NCBI GenBank assembly: GCA_964106645.2
Contig: OZ067042.1
DNA length: 64,000 nucleotides
Reading direction: 5' to 3' (one strand)
Origin: Podarcis pityusensis
Taxonomy: Eukaryota
Of the stretch, positions 11,765 to 23,811 are shown piece by piece. Position numbers and translations under genes: made by a program. The notes beneath the pieces are model-generated. The model was not told where the DNA came from. It ran no database searches and was given only the letters and a program-made list of their open reading frames with translations. The stretch's first letter is position 1; the number at the start of each line of letters is the position of its first letter.

Positions 11765-13460
11765 TCATCTTTGAGAGATGACTTGTTCCAAACCAGACAC
11801 TGCTCAGCTCCTGTCATCTTCCCCCTGCCCGTCAACTGAATATACTTCAGCCCTTTGTGCTTAACACACTATGGTCAGGGATGGAGTGGGCAATAAGAGG
11901 GACACTAGGAGGGCACTCCTGCACCCCCTTCCCATGCAGTTCCCTCTTCAGACACAATGCCTTAAGTGGGATACTGCCAATCTAAATGCATCTGAAATCA
12001 CGCTTAGGGGGTTGGCTGACTTAATACCATGCATATTGGTGCAGCAAGAACCAAAATTATGCCACTGTTTTCTTCATGAAAAATACTCCCTTAAACTCCC
12101 AAACAGTACTTTTTATTATTTATTGCAGTTGTTCTGAATACAGGATCTTGCAAGCAAAGACTTGGTATTTTAGCCTAAGACAGGTAAGAAAGGGAGATTG
12201 TCACATAGTATATGTATATTGGCAGCACAAAGATCCTGCATAATTTCAGAGAAGTTGGCACAGTAGTTGGGAGTCTGGCCACAGGAAGCCTAGGGATGAA
12301 ACAGCAGGCAGTGCTGTGAGACAGGAAATAAGTGAATTAGCAGGAGTGCAGGTATGCCAAGAAGGACCTGCAGCAGTTTTTGCTTATGCAAGGCATAGCC
12401 ACACACAATGAAAGCAGTCAACAAAAATCACCATTCAGTACAGTTATGAAAGGAAGATTAGAGCAATGGAACCCAATGGATGAATCAACACGGCTGCAAG
12501 CACCAGGAATTATTGCTTGCTTTTGACCTGCATATAAAATGAAAGCTGCCGTAGAGATTTAACACTGCACATAAATGTTATGTCTGACAAAAGACCCTAG
12601 TGATATTTTTTGTTTTCCCACTCCTTGATGTTGTAATGCAAACTACTTTGGATTAATTAAGAAAATCAATCAGTCAAAAATAAATAAAAAGCAACATTGG
12701 GTCCGGATGTCACTGTTTGTTCCCATTCCTGTTATGCCTGCATCATTTTGCTTTCCCTTTCAGCTACAAAGGAAGAAGAGGCTTTGTTTATGGAATCAAT
12801 ATTGAAAAAAGACACATTTACCTTATGTAAATGGCAGATGTAGGAGACGGTTGCTTTATAAGATATGCCAATATGTCACGACCTGTTATAAAATCTTTGA
12901 ATAGATTGCACACCCTATAATTGTTAAAATAGCTTTAAATATATTGATTTTGTTTCCTATTATTGAGATGGATTTGGGGCAATCACATAAGTCCTTTTCA
13001 AAATGTCTTCTCTCCTTTTACATTCTTTTTCCCCCTGATACATTTGCCTCAAAGTGTAAGCACTTTCATGTGAAGGGAGGAACTTAACTAGGAAATGTAG
13101 ATTAGCTTCCTGCAAAGCTATGTAGAGGTAACAAAAACTGGCAAAGGGCAGCTGTTACTGTATGTTAATAGTTAAAGCACAATTGACTGACTGTTGTTAT
13201 TACGGTTTTAATAATACTAGAGGTATGGTCTACTGATCTTTCAAATAAATAATGAAGGCTGATTCTCCCCCTTCCTTAACTTTAGTTAGAGTTGGATTAA
13301 GTTAAATGTGTTTGAGACTAAATCCAAAAAGGGGAGCAAGGAGAGAATCTCACAATTAATTACAAAATTCAGTTTCTATACTTCTGTAGTGTGTTTTGCA
13401 CCTTATTTATTGGGTATTTAACTTCCTAATGCCTGCATTGTAGTAAATAGTGACCAATGA

Positions 13461-13463
<3 letters not shown>

Positions 13464-13492
<29 letters not shown>
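13464..13492. repeat. (TG)n microsatellite
   Basis: Direct reading. Confidence 0.97.
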
Positions 13493-13494
<2 letters not shown>

Positions 13495-16422
13495 ACAAGT
13501 GGACCTGTACTTAGACAATGGTACTTCTTCTTTCCCCACTACTAGCCCCACAAATCATGGGGGTCAGCTCCATTGCACAAGCAGAAGTCTATTGCACATT
13601 GGATATAACCCTTGGTGATCATATCCAAGTGCAATGGTCTATATCATACAGATTTAGGAAACATTTAGCAGAGCTAAAACTGTGGCTTCTGTCCCTGCAC
13701 TTCTGGTGCACCAGTGCCTCCTCCGGGGCAATCAGTAATTTATGCTAGGACAAAATGATTGACTAGGGTGCATATATGTACAATCGATGGTGTGTAAGGC
13801 AATATTGCCCATTTATGTGCCTGAATTTTGCCTGGTATATTCATCACTCTGTTCAGGCCTACCCACATAGAAGCTACTCTGCATATGGCAGTTATGAAAG
13901 GCTTGCACCTAAATTTGTGAGTGCTGAAGTTTGGGGGCTACTAGAGGGCAACATTTATTTAGATATTTGGGAAGAATGTTACCTTTGGCATGCAATAGCA
14001 CCGTTTAAATACATATGTATTTAGTATCATTACAAAACAGTCTAGCAATTGGCTATTGGAGGTCTCTAGTGGGGAACCACCATAATTATTTTGGCAATAG
14101 CCATTTCCCCCCCCCCCCCCACCAGAATGCCCAGGAACAAGACTATAGGGGAAAGAAAATAACAGCCTCCAACTGCAGTTTTGCTTCTCACAACCTTGGC
14201 AGAAGAAAAATAATTAATTTAAAATCACCTACTGCCACCCACCAACGATAGGTCCCCCTAAATTTATTTTAATCTCTCCCAATTTACTCCTTGACCCCTG
14301 CCTATTTTTCAGCTGTTTTGAGCTGAAAAACATCTCTTGGTGTTTTCAGCTCAGCTATAATGCAATGTGCATAAGGCCTAGTCAAACATTATGCTCACTA
14401 GTAAGTGTCTAGTGGGACAGGTCTGTAAGACCTGGAAGGTGAGCTATTGCTTCCCCTCCCCACTTTGTATGTATAGGAGAGACAGTGAGGCACATTATCA
14501 TCTGAACTGTTTCCCTTTTCTTGTCTTTTCAAACATGTTAGATAAATAGAAGAAACATTTCATAGATTTTTCTAAGATTAGATGCGTTTTTGCAGCATCC
14601 ATTAAAGTGCCAATCTTTTGGCATGTGCCTTTTTATCCATGTGGTTTTATTCTTTAAGAATAGTCTTAAGAATAGTGCCAAAAAGAGTCTAAGATATCAC
14701 TTAAAAAACAGTAGTTGTAAATGCTACTATAATAAGAGGCATTACCCAAACTATGTGAAGCAGACCCCACTTGGCAGTATTTCAAACAGTATTTCAAACA
14801 GCCAACCTTTCTGCATGTGTGGATTAGCAAAAAGCTAAAGCATATGAAGACAACATACTATGTGTGCTTCTACCTGGGCAGGAAGGAGCTGTGCATTCTC
14901 TTTGTGCCATTCAGCTACTGAAATAGAGTGTGAAGTATGATAGCACTGTGGGTTTTTTTGTCAAAACTTACTAGTCACTGTCTCCCTGTGCAGACTACAT
15001 GACAGGTGGAGGGGGAGCCTAGTCTTCAGGGGTGTTCTCCTCCAATTTGTTGGAACAATGGTGGGCAGTACTAATTCAAGCAACAGCTGACAGCTGACTT
15101 AGGCTCAGCAATAGAGGACGCACTGCAGCACGCTTTATGTAGGGGCCCCCTCAAACTCTGTCTACATAATTAATACTGTGCAAAAATGCAAGCCATGAGT
15201 TTTATGAAATGGAGCCCATGACCATACAACCTTTATGCCCAAGGGCACCATTCATAAGTTCCAATGAATGTGTGGCGCTCAGGGTTTGGGTCTTCAGATG
15301 CAGTCCCCATACCAGCCTCCATGTGATCACATGCTACATCATCTGTATAAGATGTGTGTGTGTTTGTCTATATAACCTCATATCACTGTACCCATAAGTA
15401 AATGAGTCAAAGTCTGATATATTCCCCCCTTTTTAAAAACAAACTTGAGACCATTTTGATGCACGTATAGATTTATTTATGCATTCAAATGTGGGTGTTT
15501 TTGGTTTTTTTACTGGGACCTTGCTGTTCCTCAGAAAAGATTTTTGCATTATACAAAACACACCAAACTTTTTTGGGGGTACTTTAAAATATTTATATAT
15601 CTCTACACTTTTCCCGAACTACCAAGGTGACATATTTGTCTAGTCTACACCGGTCTGAGGTAGAACACTATCTTAAACAAAACTGATACAAAATTGTAAA
15701 GAAAACCAATTCATGAATGGGGGAAAATGTTGTTTCAAGTAGAACCAGTTTCCTCAGGCAGGCCCTTAAGCAATTTACAGGGATAAGCTTTCTTTAGTTC
15801 CATGAATTCTTGGTTTGCTTTTCCTTCTTTTGATATGAACATCCCAGTGCCATCAAAGGAAAAGCAAAAAGTTTTCAAGATAGATAACAAACACATGAAG
15901 TTACCATTTAGGGACTTCTTTGAAAAACTGGCTGAACTCCAGAACCATGTCATTTTTGTGCAAACTTTTGAAGTAAACTGTTTGCGGTGCAGGGTGAAAA
16001 GGTGGCTTCTGATTTTGGTAATGAGCAATTTACATCACATAAGTCAAAATGCTGATATATTGTATGCTTCCAGGATGTGCAGCTTCAGGCTATGCAGAAT
16101 AGTGATGATACACAGGAGTCCCCTATATTTTACAGATACTGTGTGCTTGATTGTTAACTGAAAGACCCAGAAAGTATTTTATGCAGCTACCAAACAGATG
16201 CTAAAACTGCAGCCAGTGAAGACTATTAATTGTTGACATGTTCTGATGTTTTTCATGTCATATAACCTAAAAAATGGCCACATTCAGATGTCACATATGG
16301 TTTAGCGAGATATGAACAACCCCTGAGCTCTCCCCTTCCTTTCTTCTGCATAGTTGGGAGAAGGAGTTTAGAAACTTTTATTTCCATTATTAAAGCTTCA
16401 AATGAAATCTAGACTGATAAAA

Positions 16423-17095
16423 TGTTGGTGGCTGCGGCATCTGTCAGTCTCAAGAGACAATGGAGTGCACTCCAGGGGGTGAAGTCAAATTACTGCATTG
16501 GGAGCACTGAAGTAATCTCCCAGGGCACAAGTCTGGGAAGTGAGTTTGGAAGTTGTGAACTGCCAAGACAACAAGATGTGCCTCTTGACCTTACTGATGT
16601 GATCCAAAGGAAAGCAGAGCAATAGTTCTGGCACCAGCTTGGCTGCAGGAGTTGCCAAAAGGAGGAGTACAAGGCACCATCCAGCCTTCTTAGGGGCTTC
16701 ACTCCAGATTTGTGTAGTTTACTCCTTAGCCTTTTCTTCTCCCAAAGGTATTCCACAAGGCAGCAGAGGTATAGAATCAAAGTTTCCTTCTGCTAGATGA
16801 GCTACCTTCCCAGGTTGATGAGCTCCATCTGCCCCACTTCCCTCTACAGAACATGCAGTAACCACCACATTGACCATTGGACCCACTATTAATCTCATCC
16901 ACTCAATCCACCAGAGCTTGTCTTCAAATGTAAGGTAAATCCCTAACTCACCGAGGGTTTGAGACCCATCTGCTACTGTCACCTGATTTAGTCAGCTAGT
17001 TGAAGCTGTCCCTGGGGTGTGCCCTATCGCATACTGACAGCTTCTAGGAGTCATAGGTGAAAGCTGAGTGCTGAGTGCTCTCCCCCAGAGGTACT
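16423..17095 (-). mobile_element. Non-autonomous non-LTR retroelement with RTE/Ingi-like 5' leader
   Basis: Minus strand carries AGAAGGAAACTTTGATTCTATACCTCTGCTGCCTTG, GGCAACTCCTGCAGCCAAGCTGGTGCCA and the terminal CTCCATTGTCTCTTGAGACTGACAGATGCC, which I recall from vertebrate RTE-related short elements. No long ORF. Clade assignment is uncertain. Confidence 0.55.
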
Positions 17096-17302
17096 ACATT
17101 AAATATGGTGTATTCAAAACAAGTCACCTTCAAACAATAGTTTCTGAAGCTGGCTGGTTAAACCAACTGTGGTTATTATTAACCACATCTGTTTCTTGAG
17201 AGAGACGAGAGCAGAGTAGCAAACAAAACCTTTTTCTTGCCCCAAGAAAAGAATTTGACCTCAGCTCTTGATTTTTTAAATACTTTTACCTGTTGTATAA
17301 TG

Positions 17303-17440
17303 CATGGATATGCAACCTGGGGCTCTCCAAGTGTTGTTAGACACCAATTTCCATCTTCCTAAGCCAGTGGAGCCTATGGTCAGAGGTGATTTGTAGTCCA
17401 ACAACTACTGTTGTTGAGGGTCGCTGTTTTGAAATCCCTT
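17303..17440. mobile_element. Degenerate short hAT MITE
   Basis: Remnants of the CTCCAGATGTT...CTACAACTCCCATCATCCC...TGTAGTCCAACAAC palindromic design shared with 39084-39219. Confidence 0.45.
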
Positions 17441-17636
17441 GTATAATAGAAAAACTTATTTACATCTCTTAACATCAGCTACTTGTTTTGTCTTGTTCTG
17501 TAACAACGCTATATGAGTTGTTATATGCAGAAAGTACACATTATGATTAAAAGGACTCTCTTGACCTAGCTGTACAACTATTCTGTTCTGTAGAACAGAT
17601 GGATTGATGTAATATCACTTACAGTACAATGGTATA

Positions 17637-18673
17637 CCGTATTTTTCGCTCTATAGGACGCACTTTTTCCCTCCTAAAAAGCAAGGGAAAATGTGTGTGC
17701 GTCCTATGGAGCGAATGCACGGGGGAGGCAGGCGGGAAAAGCCCCCAAGAGCCGCACACAAGCTTTGTGCGCTCTTGCGGGCTTTTCCCCCAGGAGGGAG
17801 AAGGGACTGACTGGCTGCATTAGTCCCTTCTCCTACCTCCCAGAAAAGCCAGGAGAAACCGCCCAGCCCCTTTAAAGAGCTGGCGGCTTCTGCCGGTTTT
17901 GCGGGAGGTGGGGGAATCCCCCCCACCTCCCAGAAAAGCCAGGAGAAGCCGCGCAGCCCCTTTAAAGAGCAGACGGCTTCTGCAGGCTCTTCGGGAGGTG
18001 GGGGAAGCTGCAGCGGATTCCCTCCTTCCCAGCTCCCTTTGAAGCAGCAAAGTGGGAGGGGAGCAGCTTACACTCGTGTAAGCTGCTCCTCTCCCACTTT
18101 CCTGCTTCGAAGCAACCAGGACGAGGGAAGGAAGGGGATCCATGCAGCGGATTCCCTCCTCTTGGGCTCCCTTTGAAGCAGCAAAGTGGGAGGGGAGCAG
18201 CTTACACTCGTGTAAGCAGCTCCTCTCCCACTTTCCTGCTTCAAAGTGGATGGAATCCACTGCAGTTGCGAGCAGAGGATCCATGGCTCCGCTTCCTTCC
18301 CTGGAAGCAGGGTGCGGGGGTGCAGGGGAGAAAGAGGGCAGGAAATAGATGCGGGGCAGGAAGACACAACCACACTTTGACCACTGGAATGTCCACCCCA
18401 GCCTCCCCAGATTTCCACTGAGACGGCCAGGCTAATCTCGATGGCCATAAGTCAGGCTCAGCATTATTGACTGGACTTAGATAAGCCATGGTTCCCCTTC
18501 CTACCCTCCTCTGAGGCTCGATTTAAAGCAGCAAATGGACAGGAGCCGCCCGCTTTGCTGCTTTAAATAGTTTAGTGCAACATTTGATTCAGAATATTTT
18601 TTTTTGTGTTTTCCTCCTCTAAAAACTAGGTGCGCCCTATGGTCAGGTGCGCCCTATGGTGCGAAAAATACGG
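17637..18673. mobile_element. Non-autonomous Tc2/pogo-like (Tc1/mariner superfamily) element, about 1.04 kb
   Basis: TA TSDs at 17635-17636 and 18674-18675. TIRs CCGTATTTTTCGCTCTATAGGACGCAC / GTGCGCCCTATGGTGCGAAAAATACGG. Subterminal direct repeat GGTGCGCCCTATGGT twice. GC-rich palindromic interior without a transposase. Confidence 0.9.
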
Positions 18674-18975
18674 TACATATCTGATTCAGAATTAAGTATT
18701 TGTGTTTGACGGGGCTTACTCCCAGTAAGCGAGTACCTAATGGCAATTTAGGCTTTGATTTAAGATTGGAATTGGAGCAAACAGCTATAGCTCTACAATC
18801 AGGACCAGCAGAATATAGCTGACTTTCCATGGTAAACATTAGGTTGTGTGGGGGGAGCAGAAATGACTGCACTCCCAATTGTGTTATGCCATGCCCACCA
18901 CAAGCCATTTTTGTGACTTTCACCCACAGCACTCTCTCAAAATTCAAAATGTGTCCCTGGTCCTCAAAGGGGTGC

Positions 18976-19110
18976 TAGCAGGTTTCTAAGGTTCCAGGGA
19001 GAAATCTTCCCCAGCCTGAGTTCCTTTTAAACTGGAGAATTGGTGCTGAACCAGGAACTACTGTGTGCAGCTCAAAGATTGTAATCTACTATTGAGAAAT
19101 GGCCCTCCCC
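18976..19110 (-). mobile_element. Old tRNA-derived SINE fragment (Squam3-like)
   Basis: CTGGAGA...TGAACCAGGAAC...CTACTATTGAGAAATGGCCCTCCCC aligns loosely to the head of 39412-39602. Confidence 0.45.
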
Positions 19111-22100
19111 ATATACTTCAGAGCCTTTTAAGAAAATTTCTAATGCATGAGCAATTTGAGATTCAGGAAAATGTTGTCGGAAGGATGTCAAGGCTTTATA
19201 TATTATTAGTGTTTCTGAAAGCATGATGGGGACAGTTCTGGCTTAAAAGTAGCACTTAAAACTTTGCAGCTGTCCAATTTCAAGAATCTTTTCATCTCAC
19301 ACCTTTCAGTGCTGGAAGAAGAAATGGTTTCATATGTGACTGCAGAGATATTATTACTATAATATGTGCTGTAGTTGTCAAGTCAGAAATTAAAATGGAA
19401 ACAGAACAGGAAGCTAACCTCCCTCATCGTTGTATGTTATAAAGACATCAGCTATAGAGACCAGATGTTTCAAACTTAGGCACCTCATAAATGATATGTA
19501 AATCTAGAGTTCATATATTCAAACAAAAAATCACAGTTCTCAGGGATGTTGAACATTTCATTTATCTGGCCAGATAGTTGGGGGGAGCTAGAAAAATGGC
19601 TAGTCAGGATGTTTCATTGCATCATTGTGTCTGGTATTCAATACAATTGAGGTATCACTTTAATATAGAAGTGTCTTCATGATACTATAAGAATGATAAC
19701 TTCTCTGGGACTTCCTGCTGAAGATTGTTGAAATGCACTAACTTAAGATAATTAATTACCAGACTGGAAAGTATTAATTAGTTCATCATTAGTGAATGAA
19801 TATGTGGATTTTAAAAATCACCTTATAAGCAGTGAAATCCTTTATAAAAGGGTGCTCAGTGCTGATGAATGCCTTTGTGTTTAACACCATCTATTTACAG
19901 CCCAAGGTTCAAACAGTCTATTTAAAATTATCCCACCCCCCACCCCAGTATACTTGGATTAATTGGCTAGGTTGTAATATAATAATTGGACAAAGGAGGT
20001 TCTCTACTACAAAGAGAGGAGGGGCTCAGTATTCCCTGGTTCTGTTGTTTCCCTTTGTCTCTAACTAGGAAGTGTGAAGTATAGCTTGCCATCCCAGCCC
20101 ATTAAGCAACAGGCAGAGCAATGACACAAGGCTCGCCAGTGCCATGGAGGGATGGACAAGTTTGTTGCAAATATGTGGAGAAGAAACAATGCAAATAGGC
20201 CAGATGGGGTGGATAGAATAATGCATCAATGTAGCAGGCACAGAGAGAGGGGGCTAGACTAGAACTAAGAAAGCAGGAACATGTCAGGGTCTAGCAGGAA
20301 CAGTTAGTGGGACTCTGCTATAGGGCTCCATCAAATTATGTACTGTTGATTTATAGCAGGGGTGGGAAGAAGATGGACAGAAATTTTCTGATAGATCCTT
20401 CCACTACCACCACCACCACCGGGGGGGGGGGAGGAATCAGGAGAAAAAACAGGAGTGGGGTGAAAGGAGTGAAAGGACTTGTGAACTTGGTTCTGGTACT
20501 GCTCACAAATTCCTTGGCTGCACATGCGCTCAGAGGCACACCCTTCCTTAAATCTTAGCATATGTCTCACCAGAGGCAGTTTTAGGGTGGAATGGCCAGT
20601 GTGCCATGCTGCAGGGAGTGCCACAACAATGCTGTAGAACAGAGTGTGAGAGGCACGTGTGCACGTGAATTTTAGCATCACACAGGGCACCACTGAAATC
20701 TGAGAGCCCAAAGTCTCCACTGTTTCCACCCAGTTCCTACCAACATCTTTTCACTCAGTTCATTCCCTTTCCCTCAAACACCAAAAATCTTAATGTGGGC
20801 ATAGTGAGTGATCGGTGTTTCATGAAATGAAAGTGCTGATTAATAATAACTCTAGTAACTTCATTGGAGTTATGCCAGCAACTTTTGTTCCCCTGTTTCC
20901 CACCTCCCGTATGTACTTTGTGGGATTTTCAGAAATATGACCAGTCATTGTGCAAGTTCTAAGCATTGCCATTATTTATTATGCTACATATATAAAGCAG
21001 CAATTAATTTGGAGGCAAGTATGAGAAAGTTCAAAACATCTCTGTTAGTTAAACATAGATTGTGCTTTTGGCTTGTCCACATCAACATATATCCTTCACA
21101 TATCTAACTGATATATATCACGAAATAATTAATTTTTATGATTGATAAATGCATCCTTGGTAACTCAGTTTTGCATAGAATATAATTATCAGGGCTATAA
21201 AATTGACCACTGAGATTTTGTATCTCTAATGGAATATATCAAGCTTGATTGATGGGAATCCAGTTATCTTGCCAAGCTAACCACTTCTCAAAGCCCCAGA
21301 AGCCTTGTACTAAGAACAATATAAATATGTCAGATTCAAGCACAACTGCAGTGCCTAAACAATAGATTTGTTGTGATTCAAGTAAGCAGGTTGGCTTTGC
21401 AAGTTTTATACTTTCCTTGTCCAGTTCAGACACCACTTTGGCATATCCAAACTCCAGAAAATGGTTCACAGACATGCTGGAAAGGATAACATTTATAGTA
21501 AAAGCTTGACAGATAAACAAGTTGCTATTAGTGAAAAAGGCTATAGAACATGTCAATCACATGAACACACCCTGTGGGAGCTGGAGTGCATTAACAAGAC
21601 CAGTCGCCCAATCTGCCCAAGACTTCCTGGTTGCATGTGCAGATCATGTGGTTGACCGAGCAATGCTGGATGAATTAAATCTCTACAGATCACAATGATC
21701 CTACCTCTGCCTAGCATTGGAACACACACTGATGATGCCCCAAGAAACTGGGTGGACAAAGCTGAGTGAAATCTGCTTCTCCAATTTACTCAGCCAGCAC
21801 TTGGTGATTCAGGACAGGTAAACCTCCTTATCCAGGATTGAGTCCTGGATACGTAGGTGTTTCATTATGGATCAACCTGGCATTAACAGCAGAACCACAA
21901 GGTTTCATGGCAAGTTGATAGGGCAACTCAGGTAATCTCAGCTGGGGGTAGGACTGCAAAGGGCAGCAACTTTCACATGCCTTGGCCCCTCACTTCCCTT
22001 TTAAGTAGCTGTTAACTCAGTCCCACTAAAACCAGTTCAGCTATCCCAGTCAAACTCACAGAAATGCAGTTCATCCTTCGTCATGCATTACGTGCAACAA

Positions 22101-22479
22101 AGTTTGATAGTTTCCTCACAACTTCCTAGAGCATCCAAGAAATGTGTTTATGCACTACCATTCTTGCAGTCAACTGTATAAAGGATTTCTTCAGCCATTT
22201 CAAACAGTCTGCCTTTGCACAGAAAGCCAAAAGTATATTTCCACCTCTTGTGCTATTTGTGCTTCTGGTAGTTGAATCGGATTTTGTGGGCTGGCTGCAG
22301 GCTCATTTGCTAAACCATGATTTTCCAAGGTGTCGCTTTTTTAAAAATCTGGAATCTTAACTGTCATGCAAGACACTTTTGGGTGCGTGGATGAAAGCTT
22401 CATATATATCATTTTTTGTTCCCACCCCCAACACACAAACAATACTCAAATGCACAGATGTATGCAAACATCTGCCTAG

Positions 22480-23600
22480 ATTGGAAAGGCATCAATATAC
22501 TGCTGTTTCCATAGTTTTTCCATTCAATATATTATGCCAAAAGACTTACCTTTCTCTTTGCATTTTTTAAAATAGCTCTTTATAATTTTTCAAACAACCA
22601 AATGATCCATTCAGAATTCCAGCGTTAAATTGTCTGGGTCCAGTAGCATTGGTGTACTATTATGTGATTCAAAAACCATGCCTTGCTCTATGCTTTCTCC
22701 TTTTGGACAGGTATGTTAATAACAAGCTTTGATGACTGGATATAGATTTCCCCTCTTTTTGGGTATGTGTGTTACATTTATACATTGTTTCCTTATGTTT
22801 CTTTCACTGCATTTTACGACTCTTCTGTAATTTTATTGATATTTTTTCTTTGTTTGACAATATAGTTTTCAATATTACAGTTGTCTTGTTTAGAAACATT
22901 CATTATTTCTTTTTCCACATAACGTTATGTGAACCTGTTTTGGACTATTATTCTTGTCTTTTGAGTTAAATGAAATTGAAATTTTTCCCTCCCTTTTCAC
23001 TACTTTTGCGTTATATATTCCTGCCTTTTAGTTAAAGGTAATGTGAGCATGCTCTTACATTTTTTGAGAGTAAATAGTGAATTCTATTAACTTTATAAAT
23101 TCCTTCCAGTTCCATTTCTTCAACTTAAGCACTGCTGTCAAGAGATATTTTCTCTCTCACAGGGATTTCTTCTTTATCATTTACATTCTTATCTTTCACT
23201 TCTCCTTGCTTAAGTTCTTCCTATTTCAAACTGTTACTAATGGGCTATGCTAAATTGCTCATGATAACTTCCATTGCCTTATTTTCTTCCTTTTTATTTT
23301 GCTGAGATACACATTTCCCCCTCTTTATCCCTTTTCTTATTTTCCTTCTATACCCTTTCTTGGCTTGCATGGTCTTTCATCCTGTCTCAAGGACTATTTG
23401 TCTATCTTATATCAATCTGCCTCCACCCGTCTCAAAAATTGCTGTGGTTCAATCTGTAGCTGTCCTTTCTCTCACAAAGTTATGAATGATTAGCTGCAGT
23501 TTTTCAAATTTATACACTTGTCAAAGCAACTGTCACTTTTCCAGCGTAAACCCCTAAGTTGCAATTGCTTGCATTCCAAATCCTCCAATGGTGTATGTGT
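22480..23600 (-). mobile_element. Highly degenerate L1-like ORF2 relic
   Basis: Long T/C-rich plus strand (A-rich minus strand). Minus-strand PDNLTLEF* (22637-22611) resembles the L1 PGPDGFTAEFY motif and is followed by KELF / KEKG remnants. Boundaries approximate. Confidence 0.4.
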
Positions 23601-23678
23601 GTGTATCCTAACAACTTTTCCTTTCTTTGTTGTATGTTTCAAGGGGTCTTTCGTCCCCACCCTGTTATTTCTCTAAAT

Positions 23679-23811
23679 TAGGAGTAGTCAACATGGTGCC
23701 TTCAAGCTACTGAACTACAGATCCCACCACTCCAGCCATTGATGTCCTGACTGGATTTGATGGGAATTGTAGTCCAACAACATCTGGAGGGCAGCACATT
23801 GGCTCAACCCT
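23679..23811. mobile_element. Short hAT MITE, diverged
   Basis: GAACTACAGATCCCACCA...TGATGGGAATTGTAGTCCAACAACATCTGGAGGG; same family design as 39084-39219. Confidence 0.6.

Noticed and set aside
15735-16161. Overlapping 97- and 119-aa ORFs in repeat-free DNA
   Set aside because: No recognisable domain and no convincing acceptor/donor pair.
17835-18242. Repeat-spacer-like pattern suggestive of a CRISPR array
   Set aside because: Eukaryotic DNA; only two copies per unit, units 82-134 bp long, inside TA-flanked TIRs, and no cas genes.
17629-18489. Cluster of overlapping ORFs up to 154 aa with internal repeats
   Set aside because: GC-rich palindromic MITE interior; open on both strands, with no transposase or other domain.
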